NCBI GenBank assembly: GCA_009841015.1
Contig: VXMQ01000016.1
Span: forward strand, 1,419-65,418
Length of the DNA: 64,000 nucleotides
Direction of reading: 5' to 3'
Source: Candidatus Palauibacter denitrificans
GTDB lineage: Bacteria > Gemmatimonadota > Gemmatimonadetes > Palauibacterales > Palauibacteraceae
Within the stretch, counting starts at the first letter, position 1; each line of letters opens with the position of its first letter. The notes beneath the pieces were generated by a model. That model worked only from the letters and a program-made list of their open reading frames with translations. It was not told the origin of the DNA and made no database searches. The position numbers were made by a program, and so were the translations under genes. Shown piece by piece: positions 15,752 to 24,063 of the stretch.

Positions 15752-18541
15752 GTGAAGCCCTCAGGGGCCGCTCGTCCGTCGCTCTTCCTGCTCGACGGCT
15801 ACGCGCTCATCTACCGCGCGTTCTTCGCGATGATCAACCGTCCGCTCACCACCTCGAGCGGCGAAAACACGTCCGCCCCCTACGGCATCGCCCGCTTCCT
15901 CATGCGGCTGATCGCGGATCACGCACCCGACTATCTTGGCGTCGCCTTCGATGCCGGCGACAGCTTCCGCACCGACATCTACCCGGAGTACAAGGCTACA
16001 CGAGAAAAGATGCCCGACGAACTCCGGGCCTCCCTCCCCCGGTGTCGGGAGATCTTCGACGCCTTCCGGGTGCCCGTCATCGAGGCCGAAGGGTGGGAGG
16101 CGGACGACGTGATCGGGACCCTCGCGCAGGAAGCCGCAGGCCAGGGGTTGCGCACCGTCATCGTCTCCGGAGACAAGGACTTCCACCAGCTCGTGGACGA
16201 TCACACGGCGTTGCTCAATCCGGGCCGCGGCGGACCTGCCGGAGTGGAACAGGTGTGGGTGACGCCGGACAATGCCGAGGAGCGGTTCGGCGTGCCCCCG
16301 GAGCGCGTGACCGACTTCCTGGCGCTGCTCGGCGACGCGTCCGACAACGTCCCCGGCGTGCCCGGCATCGGTAAGAAGATCGCGCCCGCCCTCATCCGGG
16401 AGTTCGGCGATCTGGATTCCATCCTGGCGCGGGCGGAGGAGATCACGGCGACCCGGGCCCGGAACGCCCTTCTCAAGCATGCGGACGACGCTCGGCGCTC
16501 CAGGCAACTGGTGACGATCCGCACCGACGCGCCCGTGAGCCTCGATCTGGAGAGCCTCCGGTCGCGGCCGCTCGACGAGGGGAAGGCCGCGTCCGTCTTC
16601 AGCGACCTGGAGTTTCACAACCTGCTGAGGGAACTGGAGGCCCCGGCCACCGCGGCCGCGCGCTTCGCCCCGGAGGTGGACGTCGTGGTCGACACGGATC
16701 GGCTGGGCGCCGTGCTGGCCGAATGCTCCGGGGCTCCACGCGTCGGACTCTTCGTCGCGGGCAGCTCCGACGATCCGCTCGGCGCCGACCTCGTCGGCCT
16801 GGCGCTCGCCGGCTCCGAGGACCGCGCCTTCTACCTGCCCCTCGGGCACCGGGCCCCGGAAGTCCAGCACGATGCGGCGGGAAACCCCACGCTCGCCTTC
16901 GATGCGGGCGAGCCGGTCGGCCTGCCGGGGCTGACGTCGTCCGACATGCGAGGCCTGCACGACCTGCTGGTCTCGGACACGCCGAAACTCGGGCACGATC
17001 TCAAGTATGCCGCCCAACTCCTGCGCCGGCACGGCGTCGAGTTGGGGGGCCTCGACGGCGGCGTCGCGTTCGACACCCAGATCGCCTCCTACTGTCTCGA
17101 TCCGGCCCGCCGCGACCGCGCCCTCTCCACCCTCGCCCCCGACCGCCTCGGCGTCGCCCTCGAGACGGGCGACGCCATCACGGGCACCGGGCGAAACCGT
17201 CTGCCGCTGGCATCGGTCGAACCCGAGCGCGTTGCCGAGTGGGCCGGGCCGCGCGCCGCCCTCCTGCACCGCCTCGCGAAGGTCGACGAGGCCGACCTCG
17301 TGCGCACGGGCATGGGCCGCCTCTTCCGCGACGTCGAGATGCCGCTGGTCACGGTCCTCGCGAGCATGGAGCGGGCCGGCATCGCGATCGACCGCGACTT
17401 CTTCGGCGATCTGCGGGCCCGCCTGCGCCGCGACCTCGACGCCGTGCGCTCCGAGATCCACAAGATCGCCGGGACCGAGGTCAACCTCCGTTCCGTCCCG
17501 CAGATGCGGGCGCTCCTCTTCGACCGGCTCGCGCTGCCCGTCCTCAAGAAGACGAAGACCGGCCCCTCGACGGACGAGTCCGTGCTCGAGCAACTCGCCG
17601 CCCTGGGCCACGAACTCCCGCGCCTCATCCTCGAACATCGGGAGCTCGACAAGCTGGACGGCACGTATGTAAGCGTGCTCCCGCGTCTCATCGACCGCCG
17701 GGGGCGCATCCACACCCGCTTCAACCAGACCATCGCCGCAACGGGCCGGCTCTCCTCTTCGGACCCGAACCTCCAGAACATCCCGATCCGGCGGGCGCTG
17801 GGGCGCGAGATCCGAAAGGGGTTCGTCGCCGCGCCCGGCCACCTGTTCGCGGGGGCGGACTACTCCCAGATCGAACTCCGGGTCATGGCCCATCTCTCCG
17901 GGGACGAAGCGTTCGTGGAAGCGTTCCGGGCGGAGCGCGACATCCACCGCGAGACCGCGGCCCGGATCTTCGGGGTCGAGCCGGATGACGTCACGCCGAC
18001 CATGCGCGAGCAGGCGAAGACGATCAACTTCGCGACCATCTACGGTCAGGGCCCGTTCGCGCTCGCCCAGCAGCTCGGCATCTCGCGAACGCAGGCGAGC
18101 GAGTTCATCGCCGGATACTTCGAGCGGTTCGCGGGCGTCGCGGCCTATCTGGAGGAGATGAAGGAACTGGCGCGGGACCGGAACTACGTCGAGACGCTGT
18201 TCGGGCGCCGCCGTTACATCCCCGAGATCCGGTCGAGGAACCCGGGAATCCGCGGTTACGGCGAACGGACCGCAACGAACTCTCCGATCCAGGGATCCGC
18301 GGCGGACCTCATCAAGGTGTCGATGATCCGGCTGCACGAGCGTCTGGCGGGAACCGGGGCCCGCATGCTGCTACAGGTGCACGACGAGTTGCTCATCGAG
18401 GCCCCGGAGTCCGATGTTGAAGCCATCGGCCGGATCGTGCGCGAGGAGATGGAGGGGGCCATCGAGTTGACGGTTCCCCTGCGCGTCGACCTCGGGATCG
18501 GGCGCAGCTGGTACGACTGCAAATTCGGGAAGGAAGCGTGA
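15752..18541 (+). CDS. polA: DNA polymerase I
   Basis: 5'-nuclease N-terminus LFLLDGYALIYRAFFA; polymerase motifs DYSQIELRVMAH and LLQVHDELLIE. GTG 15752 gives the normal distance to the LLDG motif. Confidence 0.93.
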   Translation: MKPSGAARPSLFLLDGYALIYRAFFAMINRPLTTSSGENTSAPYGIARFLMRLIADHAPDYLGVAFDAGDSFRTDIYPEYKATREKMPDELRASLPRCREIFDAFRVPVIEAEGWEADDVIGTLAQEAAGQGLRTVIVSGDKDFHQLVDDHTALLNPGRGGPAGVEQVWVTPDNAEERFGVPPERVTDFLALLGDASDNVPGVPGIGKKIAPALIREFGDLDSILARAEEITATRARNALLKHADDARRSRQLVTIRTDAPVSLDLESLRSRPLDEGKAASVFSDLEFHNLLRELEAPATAAARFAPEVDVVVDTDRLGAVLAECSGAPRVGLFVAGSSDDPLGADLVGLALAGSEDRAFYLPLGHRAPEVQHDAAGNPTLAFDAGEPVGLPGLTSSDMRGLHDLLVSDTPKLGHDLKYAAQLLRRHGVELGGLDGGVAFDTQIASYCLDPARRDRALSTLAPDRLGVALETGDAITGTGRNRLPLASVEPERVAEWAGPRAALLHRLAKVDEADLVRTGMGRLFRDVEMPLVTVLASMERAGIAIDRDFFGDLRARLRRDLDAVRSEIHKIAGTEVNLRSVPQMRALLFDRLALPVLKKTKTGPSTDESVLEQLAALGHELPRLILEHRELDKLDGTYVSVLPRLIDRRGRIHTRFNQTIAATGRLSSSDPNLQNIPIRRALGREIRKGFVAAPGHLFAGADYSQIELRVMAHLSGDEAFVEAFRAERDIHRETAARIFGVEPDDVTPTMREQAKTINFATIYGQGPFALAQQLGISRTQASEFIAGYFERFAGVAAYLEEMKELARDRNYVETLFGRRRYIPEIRSRNPGIRGYGERTATNSPIQGSAADLIKVSMIRLHERLAGTGARMLLQVHDELLIEAPESDVEAIGRIVREEMEGAIELTVPLRVDLGIGRSWYDCKFGKEA

Positions 18542-18548
18542 ACGCAGC

Positions 18549-19775
18549 GTGAACGCAGCCCGGGCCGCCCTCATCGCCTTGACGTCGTTCGCGCTCGCGT
18601 GCGCACCGCCCTCCACGCCCGACCGTGCCGTGCCGGAGGGGGTCGCGGACGCATCCCCCCAGGCGCTCGTCGAGTCGTCGCTGATGCCGACCTTCACGGT
18701 TCGCGCCGAGCCCGTCGTACGGACCTCGCTCGCCGACCGCATGGCCGAACTCGCCGTGCCCGGCGTGAGCGTCGCCGTCATGATCGACGGCGAGATCGCC
18801 TGGGCCCGCGGCTACGGGCTCGCCGATATCGAATCGGGCCGGCCCGTGACCCCGAACACGCTCTTCCAGGCCGCGTCCATCTCCAAACCCGTGGCCGCGC
18901 TCGCCGCGCTGCGGCTCGTCGAATCGGGCCGGGTCGACCTCGATGGCGACGTCAACGCATATCTCACGAGTTGGCAAGTGCCCGAAAACGAGTTCACGGA
19001 GCAGGCGCCCGTCACCCTGCGGGGGCTCCTCACGCACCGGGCCGGGCTCACCGTGTGGGGCTTCCCCGGGTACGGCCCGGACGAGGACGCGCCGGACGGG
19101 CCGGGCGTCCTGGACGGTCACGGCAACACGGACCCCGTGCGCGTCTACAAGGCGCCAGGTGAGAGCTGGCGCTACTCCGGCGGCGGCTACACCGTCATGC
19201 AACAACTCGTGGCGGACATCCACGGCGAGTCGTTCGCCGCGGTCATGCGCGAGGAGGTGCTCGACCCGATCGGCATGTCACGCTCCACGTACGAGCAGCC
19301 GATCCCCCCCGAGCGACGGGACGACATCGCGACGGCCTACCGGGCGAACGGCGAGCGCGTTCCCGGCGGGTGGCACACCTATCCCGAACAGGCCGCCGCC
19401 GGGCTGTGGACGACGCCGAGCGAACTCGCGCTCTATGCGCGGGAGATGCAGCGCGCCTGGAGGGGAACGTCGACCCGCGTGCTGGGAGAAGCGCTCGCAC
19501 GGGAGATGCTGACGCCTGACGCGGACGACTGGGGGCTGGGCCCGGCGATCTCCGAGGACGGCGAACGCTTTCGGCACGGCGGCTCGAACCAGGGTTTCCG
19601 CTGCACCTTCGCGGCGTACATCGACGGGGACGACGGCGTCTTCGTGATGACGAACTCCGACTCGGGCAGCGAACTCGCGTCGGAGATCGCGATCACGGTG
19701 GCGCACGCATACGGCTGGTCCGGACCCCGCGCCGAAGAGAGAGCGCCGGGCGAGGAAGGCACAGAAAGGGAGTAG
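18549..19775 (+). CDS. Serine hydrolase, beta-lactamase (class C/PBP4*-like) family, probable lipoprotein
   Basis: SxxK motif AASISKPVAA and a YSGGGY region. Signal/lipobox LTSFALAC. Confidence 0.75.
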   Translation: MNAARAALIALTSFALACAPPSTPDRAVPEGVADASPQALVESSLMPTFTVRAEPVVRTSLADRMAELAVPGVSVAVMIDGEIAWARGYGLADIESGRPVTPNTLFQAASISKPVAALAALRLVESGRVDLDGDVNAYLTSWQVPENEFTEQAPVTLRGLLTHRAGLTVWGFPGYGPDEDAPDGPGVLDGHGNTDPVRVYKAPGESWRYSGGGYTVMQQLVADIHGESFAAVMREEVLDPIGMSRSTYEQPIPPERRDDIATAYRANGERVPGGWHTYPEQAAAGLWTTPSELALYAREMQRAWRGTSTRVLGEALAREMLTPDADDWGLGPAISEDGERFRHGGSNQGFRCTFAAYIDGDDGVFVMTNSDSGSELASEIAITVAHAYGWSGPRAEERAPGEEGTERE

Positions 19776-19781
19776 ACCACG

Positions 19782-20903
19782 ATGGCGTGGAACCAGACCC
19801 GACGAGAGTTCATGAAGACGTCCGTCCGGGCCGGCGGGGCGCTCGGCGTGCTCGGCGCCTTCGGCTCGGCCGCCTGCGCGGGGAGCGAGGAGGGTCCGCT
19901 CCGCATCCTCATCCTTGGCGGCACGCGCTTCATCGGTCCGCACCAGGTGAAGTACGCGCTCGACCGGGGCCACGAGGTGTCGATCTTCACGCGCGGGCAG
20001 ACCGAGCCCCCGTTCTACCAGGACTACTTCGAGCGCGTCGAGCACCTGATCGGTGACCGGACAAGCGATCTGTCGGCTCTCGAGGGCCGAGAGTGGGATG
20101 CCGTCATCGACAACTCCGCCTCCTACCCGAGTTGGGTCGCATCGACGACCGAACTCCTGCGCGACCAGGTCGACCGCTACCTCTTCGTCTCCTCCATCTC
20201 CGCCTACGCGGACTTCGCCCAGGTCGGGATCGACGAGGACTATCACGTCGGGCAGCTGTCGCCTGACGAGGCCGAGGACGACGGAGGATACGGGCCCAGG
20301 AAGGCGCGCTGCGAGCAGTACGCGCGCGACGCCTTCGGCGAGAACGCGATCAACGTGCGTCCGGGGCTGATCATCGGGCCCGGCGACAACACGGACCGCT
20401 GGACGTACTGGCCCGTCCGGGTCGACCGCGGAGGAGAGGTGCTCGCCCCCAACACCCCTGCCGACCCGGTGCAGAACGTCGACGCGCGCGACCTCTCCGA
20501 GTGGATCGTGCGCCTCGTCGAGACTCCGGGAAACGGCGGTACGTACAACGCTACGGGAGAGATACAGCAGTTCGGCGACATGCTGGAGGAGATCCGCACC
20601 GCGCTCGGCTCCGACGCCACGTTCACGTGGGTGCCCACGGAGTTCATGGCGGAGCAGGAAGTGGCGCCCTGGATGCACATGACGAACTGGACGCCGCCCG
20701 AAGGGGAGACCGTCGGCATGAACCAGGTTTCCGTCGCCGCCGCCGTGCAAGCCGGGCTCACGTTCCGCCCGCTCGCCGCCACCGCCCGCGACACGGTCGA
20801 ATGGTGGAACTCGCTCCCCGAGGAACGCCGCGCCGAGCCACGGGCCGGCCTACCCGCCGAGTTGGAAGCCGAGGTCCTCGCCGCGTGGCATGCCAGCGCT
20901 TGA
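19782..20903 (+). CDS. NAD(P)-binding epimerase/dehydratase-family protein with twin-arginine signal
   Basis: Tat motif TRREFMK, then the Rossmann motif ILILGGTRFIGPH. Confidence 0.65.
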   Translation: MAWNQTRREFMKTSVRAGGALGVLGAFGSAACAGSEEGPLRILILGGTRFIGPHQVKYALDRGHEVSIFTRGQTEPPFYQDYFERVEHLIGDRTSDLSALEGREWDAVIDNSASYPSWVASTTELLRDQVDRYLFVSSISAYADFAQVGIDEDYHVGQLSPDEAEDDGGYGPRKARCEQYARDAFGENAINVRPGLIIGPGDNTDRWTYWPVRVDRGGEVLAPNTPADPVQNVDARDLSEWIVRLVETPGNGGTYNATGEIQQFGDMLEEIRTALGSDATFTWVPTEFMAEQEVAPWMHMTNWTPPEGETVGMNQVSVAAAVQAGLTFRPLAATARDTVEWWNSLPEERRAEPRAGLPAELEAEVLAAWHASA

Positions 20904-20988
20904 CGATGCCGTGAATCTCGGGATTCGAGCCCTGGAGGCGCTGAGCACCGCTCGGAACTTTTTCCGGACTGCGGCGGTCTGAGCCCTC

Positions 20989-21720
20989 ATGACGCCCATG
21001 GTTCTCAAGCCCCTGAACGTCCCGATCCGGCGGCCCGCGCTCGCGACCGTCGTCGCAGCCACGCTCGCCTGCGGTGATTCAGGGACCGGGCCAGCGCCGA
21101 GCCCGGACCCGGAGCCCGAGCCGCCACCCCCGACCGCGTCGGCCACGGCGACGTACCGCGTGGCTTTCGAGGCGACCTGGAGCGCGTCAACGCACCCGAC
21201 CAACTTTCCGGGCGGCGCGCACTTCTCGCCGCTCATTGGGGCCGTGCACAACGCCGGCGTGACCTTCTGGGCCCGGGACGGCACCGCCACGCCGGGGATC
21301 GAGAGCATGGCCGAAACCGGCGGCACCTCCACGCTGACCGCGGAGATCCAGGCCGAAATCCCGGGGGACGCGCTGGCGGTCGTCAACGGATCCGGCATCC
21401 GCAGCCCCTGGGGCACGACGATTCAGGCGGTCGCGCTGAGGGAGCACTTCCCGCTCGTCACGCTCGTCACGATGATCGCCCCGAGCCCGGACTGGTTCGT
21501 GGGCGTGTCGGGACTCTCGCTACGCGACGGCGAGGGAAACTGGATCGAGGAACTCGAGGTCGTCCTCTACCCCTACGATGCCGGGACGGACAGCGGCCCG
21601 AACTACACCTCGGCCAACGACGATACGCAGCCGAAGGAGCCCATCCGCAACCTGCGCGGCGAGAGCCCCTTCTCCGACGAACCCATCGGCACCTTCACCT
21701 TCACGCGCACGGACGGGTAG
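20989..21720 (+). CDS. Spondin_N domain lipoprotein
   Basis: Lipobox LACG. Motifs FEATWS..THP..FPGGAHFSPLIGAVHN, MIAPSPDWFVGV and LYPYDAGTDSG match the spondin N-terminal domain as remembered. Confidence 0.7.
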   Translation: MTPMVLKPLNVPIRRPALATVVAATLACGDSGTGPAPSPDPEPEPPPPTASATATYRVAFEATWSASTHPTNFPGGAHFSPLIGAVHNAGVTFWARDGTATPGIESMAETGGTSTLTAEIQAEIPGDALAVVNGSGIRSPWGTTIQAVALREHFPLVTLVTMIAPSPDWFVGVSGLSLRDGEGNWIEELEVVLYPYDAGTDSGPNYTSANDDTQPKEPIRNLRGESPFSDEPIGTFTFTRTDG

Positions 21721-21765
21721 CGGCCGGGGGTGGCGTGGTGAGCTACAGCGGGCTCGGGGTCCGGG

Positions 21766-22152
21766 TCAGACGACGTCGTCGAGGAGGAAGAGGTCGGTGA
21801 GGAGCGCCCGCAGGTGGGACGAGGCGTTGAGGTTGTCGATCAGCTGCGAGCTGATCGTCTCCTGGGCGAGGACGATCCGCACGGCCGCGCCGGCCCGCGC
21901 GGCGTCCGCAGACGTGACCTCGATCATCTCGACGTAGGCACCCGCCGGTTCCAGCCCCTCCGCCGCGACCAGGCTGCCGAGGTCGTCTGCCAGCGCCCGG
22001 AGCGCGGCATCCGCGCGGCTCAGGTACTCCCGCAACTGGCCGCCGACCTTCGAGGCTTCCTCCCGCTCGGCGCCGAGCGCAGCGTAGGAGAGGAAGAACT
22101 CGTACGCCTTTTCAAGGACCTCGATGTGAGCCTTCAGCTCCTCGCGGCTCAA
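21766..22152 (-). CDS. Hypothetical 128-aa helical protein, last gene of the dehydrogenase operon
   Basis: Its ATG overlaps the stop of the cytochrome b gene by 4 nt (ATGA). No recognisable motif. Confidence 0.55.
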   Translation of the reverse strand: MSREELKAHIEVLEKAYEFFLSYAALGAEREEASKVGGQLREYLSRADAALRALADDLGSLVAAEGLEPAGAYVEMIEVTSADAARAGAAVRIVLAQETISSQLIDNLNASSHLRALLTDLFLLDDVV

Positions 22153-23024
22153 GCGGGCACGACCCCGTCGGGATCCGCGGACGACGCGCTCCCGCTCGCC
22201 AACTCGGCCCCGGTCGGCTCCGTCCCCAGCTTCCAGAGGTCGGGATCGTAGTGCTCAAGGTACTCCTCGCGCGTGATCCAGCCCTTGATCATGGAGCGGG
22301 TCATCCAGCGCTTCTCGGGCCGGATGGCGAAGTAGACGTGGGCGATGACCATCGTGACGAGCCCGACGCCGCACAGCCCGTGCAGGACGAACACGAGGCC
22401 CCACGTGGAGTCGGAGAGGAAGTACGGGTTGCTCGCCCAGAACCAGGTGTCGACCCCCACCATCATGAGGAGTCCCGTGACGATAACTCCGCCCGACACG
22501 AGCGTGACGGCGTTGTGGTAGGCCCGCTGGTCGAGCGGGTACTTGCCGGACCGCTCCTCCTTGGCCGGCTGGCGGCGCAGGAACTTCCCGACCGCCCGGA
22601 AGGCCTGCCCGATCTCCTTCGTCCCGGTCCACACGGACCAGAAGTCCTGCTTCGTCGTCGCGTGGATGATGTGCCAGATGATGAGGAGGGTGAGGACGAT
22701 CCCCGCGATCCAGTGGATCGTGACCCAGGCGAACTGGACGCCGATCACGGGGAAGAACGCCGTGACCAGCAGCGTGAGCATCGTCGCCGCCATGAGCCAG
22801 TGGAACGTCCGGGACGCCTGCGAGTGGCGCTCCACCCGTTCGGGCACTTCAGGAGCCGCCTCCGGCGCGGTCTTCGGAGCCTTGGGCGCCATGATCCAGA
22901 CGTAAAGATGGTGTCCGACCACGAACAGGAAGCCGGCGATCGCGGCGGCCCAGAGCAGATCCCAGGCGACCCCGACGAGCACCTCCTGGCCCCAGGGATT
23001 CGGCGCAGTACGGAGAATCTCCAT
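22149..23024 (-). CDS. Cytochrome b (FdnI / Ni-Fe-hydrogenase b-type cytochrome family) membrane subunit
   Basis: Five predicted TM helices with conserved His in helices (RTFHWLMA, IHWIAG, IIWHIIH, AYHNAV, VLHGLCG, IAHVYF). Confidence 0.7.
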   Translation of the reverse strand: MEILRTAPNPWGQEVLVGVAWDLLWAAAIAGFLFVVGHHLYVWIMAPKAPKTAPEAAPEVPERVERHSQASRTFHWLMAATMLTLLVTAFFPVIGVQFAWVTIHWIAGIVLTLLIIWHIIHATTKQDFWSVWTGTKEIGQAFRAVGKFLRRQPAKEERSGKYPLDQRAYHNAVTLVSGGVIVTGLLMMVGVDTWFWASNPYFLSDSTWGLVFVLHGLCGVGLVTMVIAHVYFAIRPEKRWMTRSMIKGWITREEYLEHYDPDLWKLGTEPTGAELASGSASSADPDGVVPA

Positions 23025-23051
23025 CCAGGCGGTCTCCTTTCCGGGAGGCGG

Positions 23052-24050
23052 CTAGGCCATGTCTCCCCGCACCGCGCGCCGGACGAGATTCCGCGCGAGC
23101 GGCACCTTGTAGTCGTTGTGGCGCAGCGGCTTGAAGCCGCGCGTAGCGAGTTCGCCGGCCGCCATGCCGGTGTCATCGTTCGCCGGCATCCCCTGCACGA
23201 GATCCTCGACGTCGGTCAGCCGCACCGGCGTCGGGGCCACGCCGTTGATCGCGATCCGGGCGCGCTCGATCGTGCCGTTCGACTCCACGATCGCGGCGGC
23301 CACGCTGGCCAGCGCCCAGTCCCACGACTTCCGGTCGCGGACCTTCTCCCAGTAGAAGCGCGCGCCCGCCCAGTCTCCGGGGATGCGCACGTGCGTCAGG
23401 AGATCGCCCGGCTCCAGCACGGTCATGCGCTCGATGTCGATCTCCGGGCCGACGAAGAAGTCCTCGGCCTCGTAGACGCGCTCGCCGCCCGCGTTCCGCA
23501 CCATCATCTGCGCGCCGAGCGCGACCAGCGCGCCAGCCGTGTCCGCCCCGTTCACCGCCACGCAGCGGCTCTGTCCCGTCACGGCGTGCTCGCGGTTCAT
23601 GGAGCGGGGCGTCCCCGCGTAGCAGATGTTCCCGCCCGCGCGGTAGCACGGCCACCCGCCGCGGTAGTACCAGCAGCGGGTGTCCTGGATGAGGTTGCCG
23701 CCCAGCGTCCCCTGGTTGCGGATCTGCGGCGTCGCCACTTGGGCGGCGGCGTCGGCGAGCAGTCCGAAGCGGGACCGCACGTCGTCGCTCGCCACCACGT
23801 CGCGGAGCGAGGTCATGGCGCCGATCTCGAGCCCGTCCCCGCTGGCGCGGATGCCGGCCAGCTCGCTCACGGAGCCCAGCTCGACGACGACGTCGGGCCG
23901 CTTGATGCGGTCCTTGAACCAGTCCATCGAGTCGAGGCCGCCGGCCAGGACCCAGGTGTTGTCATGGCGCTCGAGCACGTCCAGCGCCTCGTCCACGCTC
24001 GTCGGCTGGAAGAGCTCGAACGCGGGCATCATGTCGCGAATCACGGCCAT
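23052..24050 (-). CDS. FAD-binding subunit of xanthine-oxidase-family dehydrogenase (CoxM/PaoB-like)
   Basis: FELFQPTSVDEALDVL...VLAGGLDSMDWFK...LGGNL pattern of the FAD_binding_5 / CO_deh_flav_C domains. Confidence 0.8.
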   Translation of the reverse strand: MAVIRDMMPAFELFQPTSVDEALDVLERHDNTWVLAGGLDSMDWFKDRIKRPDVVVELGSVSELAGIRASGDGLEIGAMTSLRDVVASDDVRSRFGLLADAAAQVATPQIRNQGTLGGNLIQDTRCWYYRGGWPCYRAGGNICYAGTPRSMNREHAVTGQSRCVAVNGADTAGALVALGAQMMVRNAGGERVYEAEDFFVGPEIDIERMTVLEPGDLLTHVRIPGDWAGARFYWEKVRDRKSWDWALASVAAAIVESNGTIERARIAINGVAPTPVRLTDVEDLVQGMPANDDTGMAAGELATRGFKPLRHNDYKVPLARNLVRRAVRGDMA

Positions 24051-24063
24051 CGTTCTATCTCCC

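Noticed and set aside
12926-18337. Long minus-strand ORFs 12926..15361 (811 aa) and 15761..18337 (858 aa)
   Set aside because: They are antisense to the Slt-like gene and polA. The composition is low complexity and no motifs are present, so these are GC artefacts.
20915-20940. tRNA-like T-loop sequence CGGGATTCGAGCCCTGG
   Set aside because: Only a 3-bp stem is possible, no acceptor, D or anticodon arms fit, and the upstream 50 nt belong to the epimerase-family CDS.
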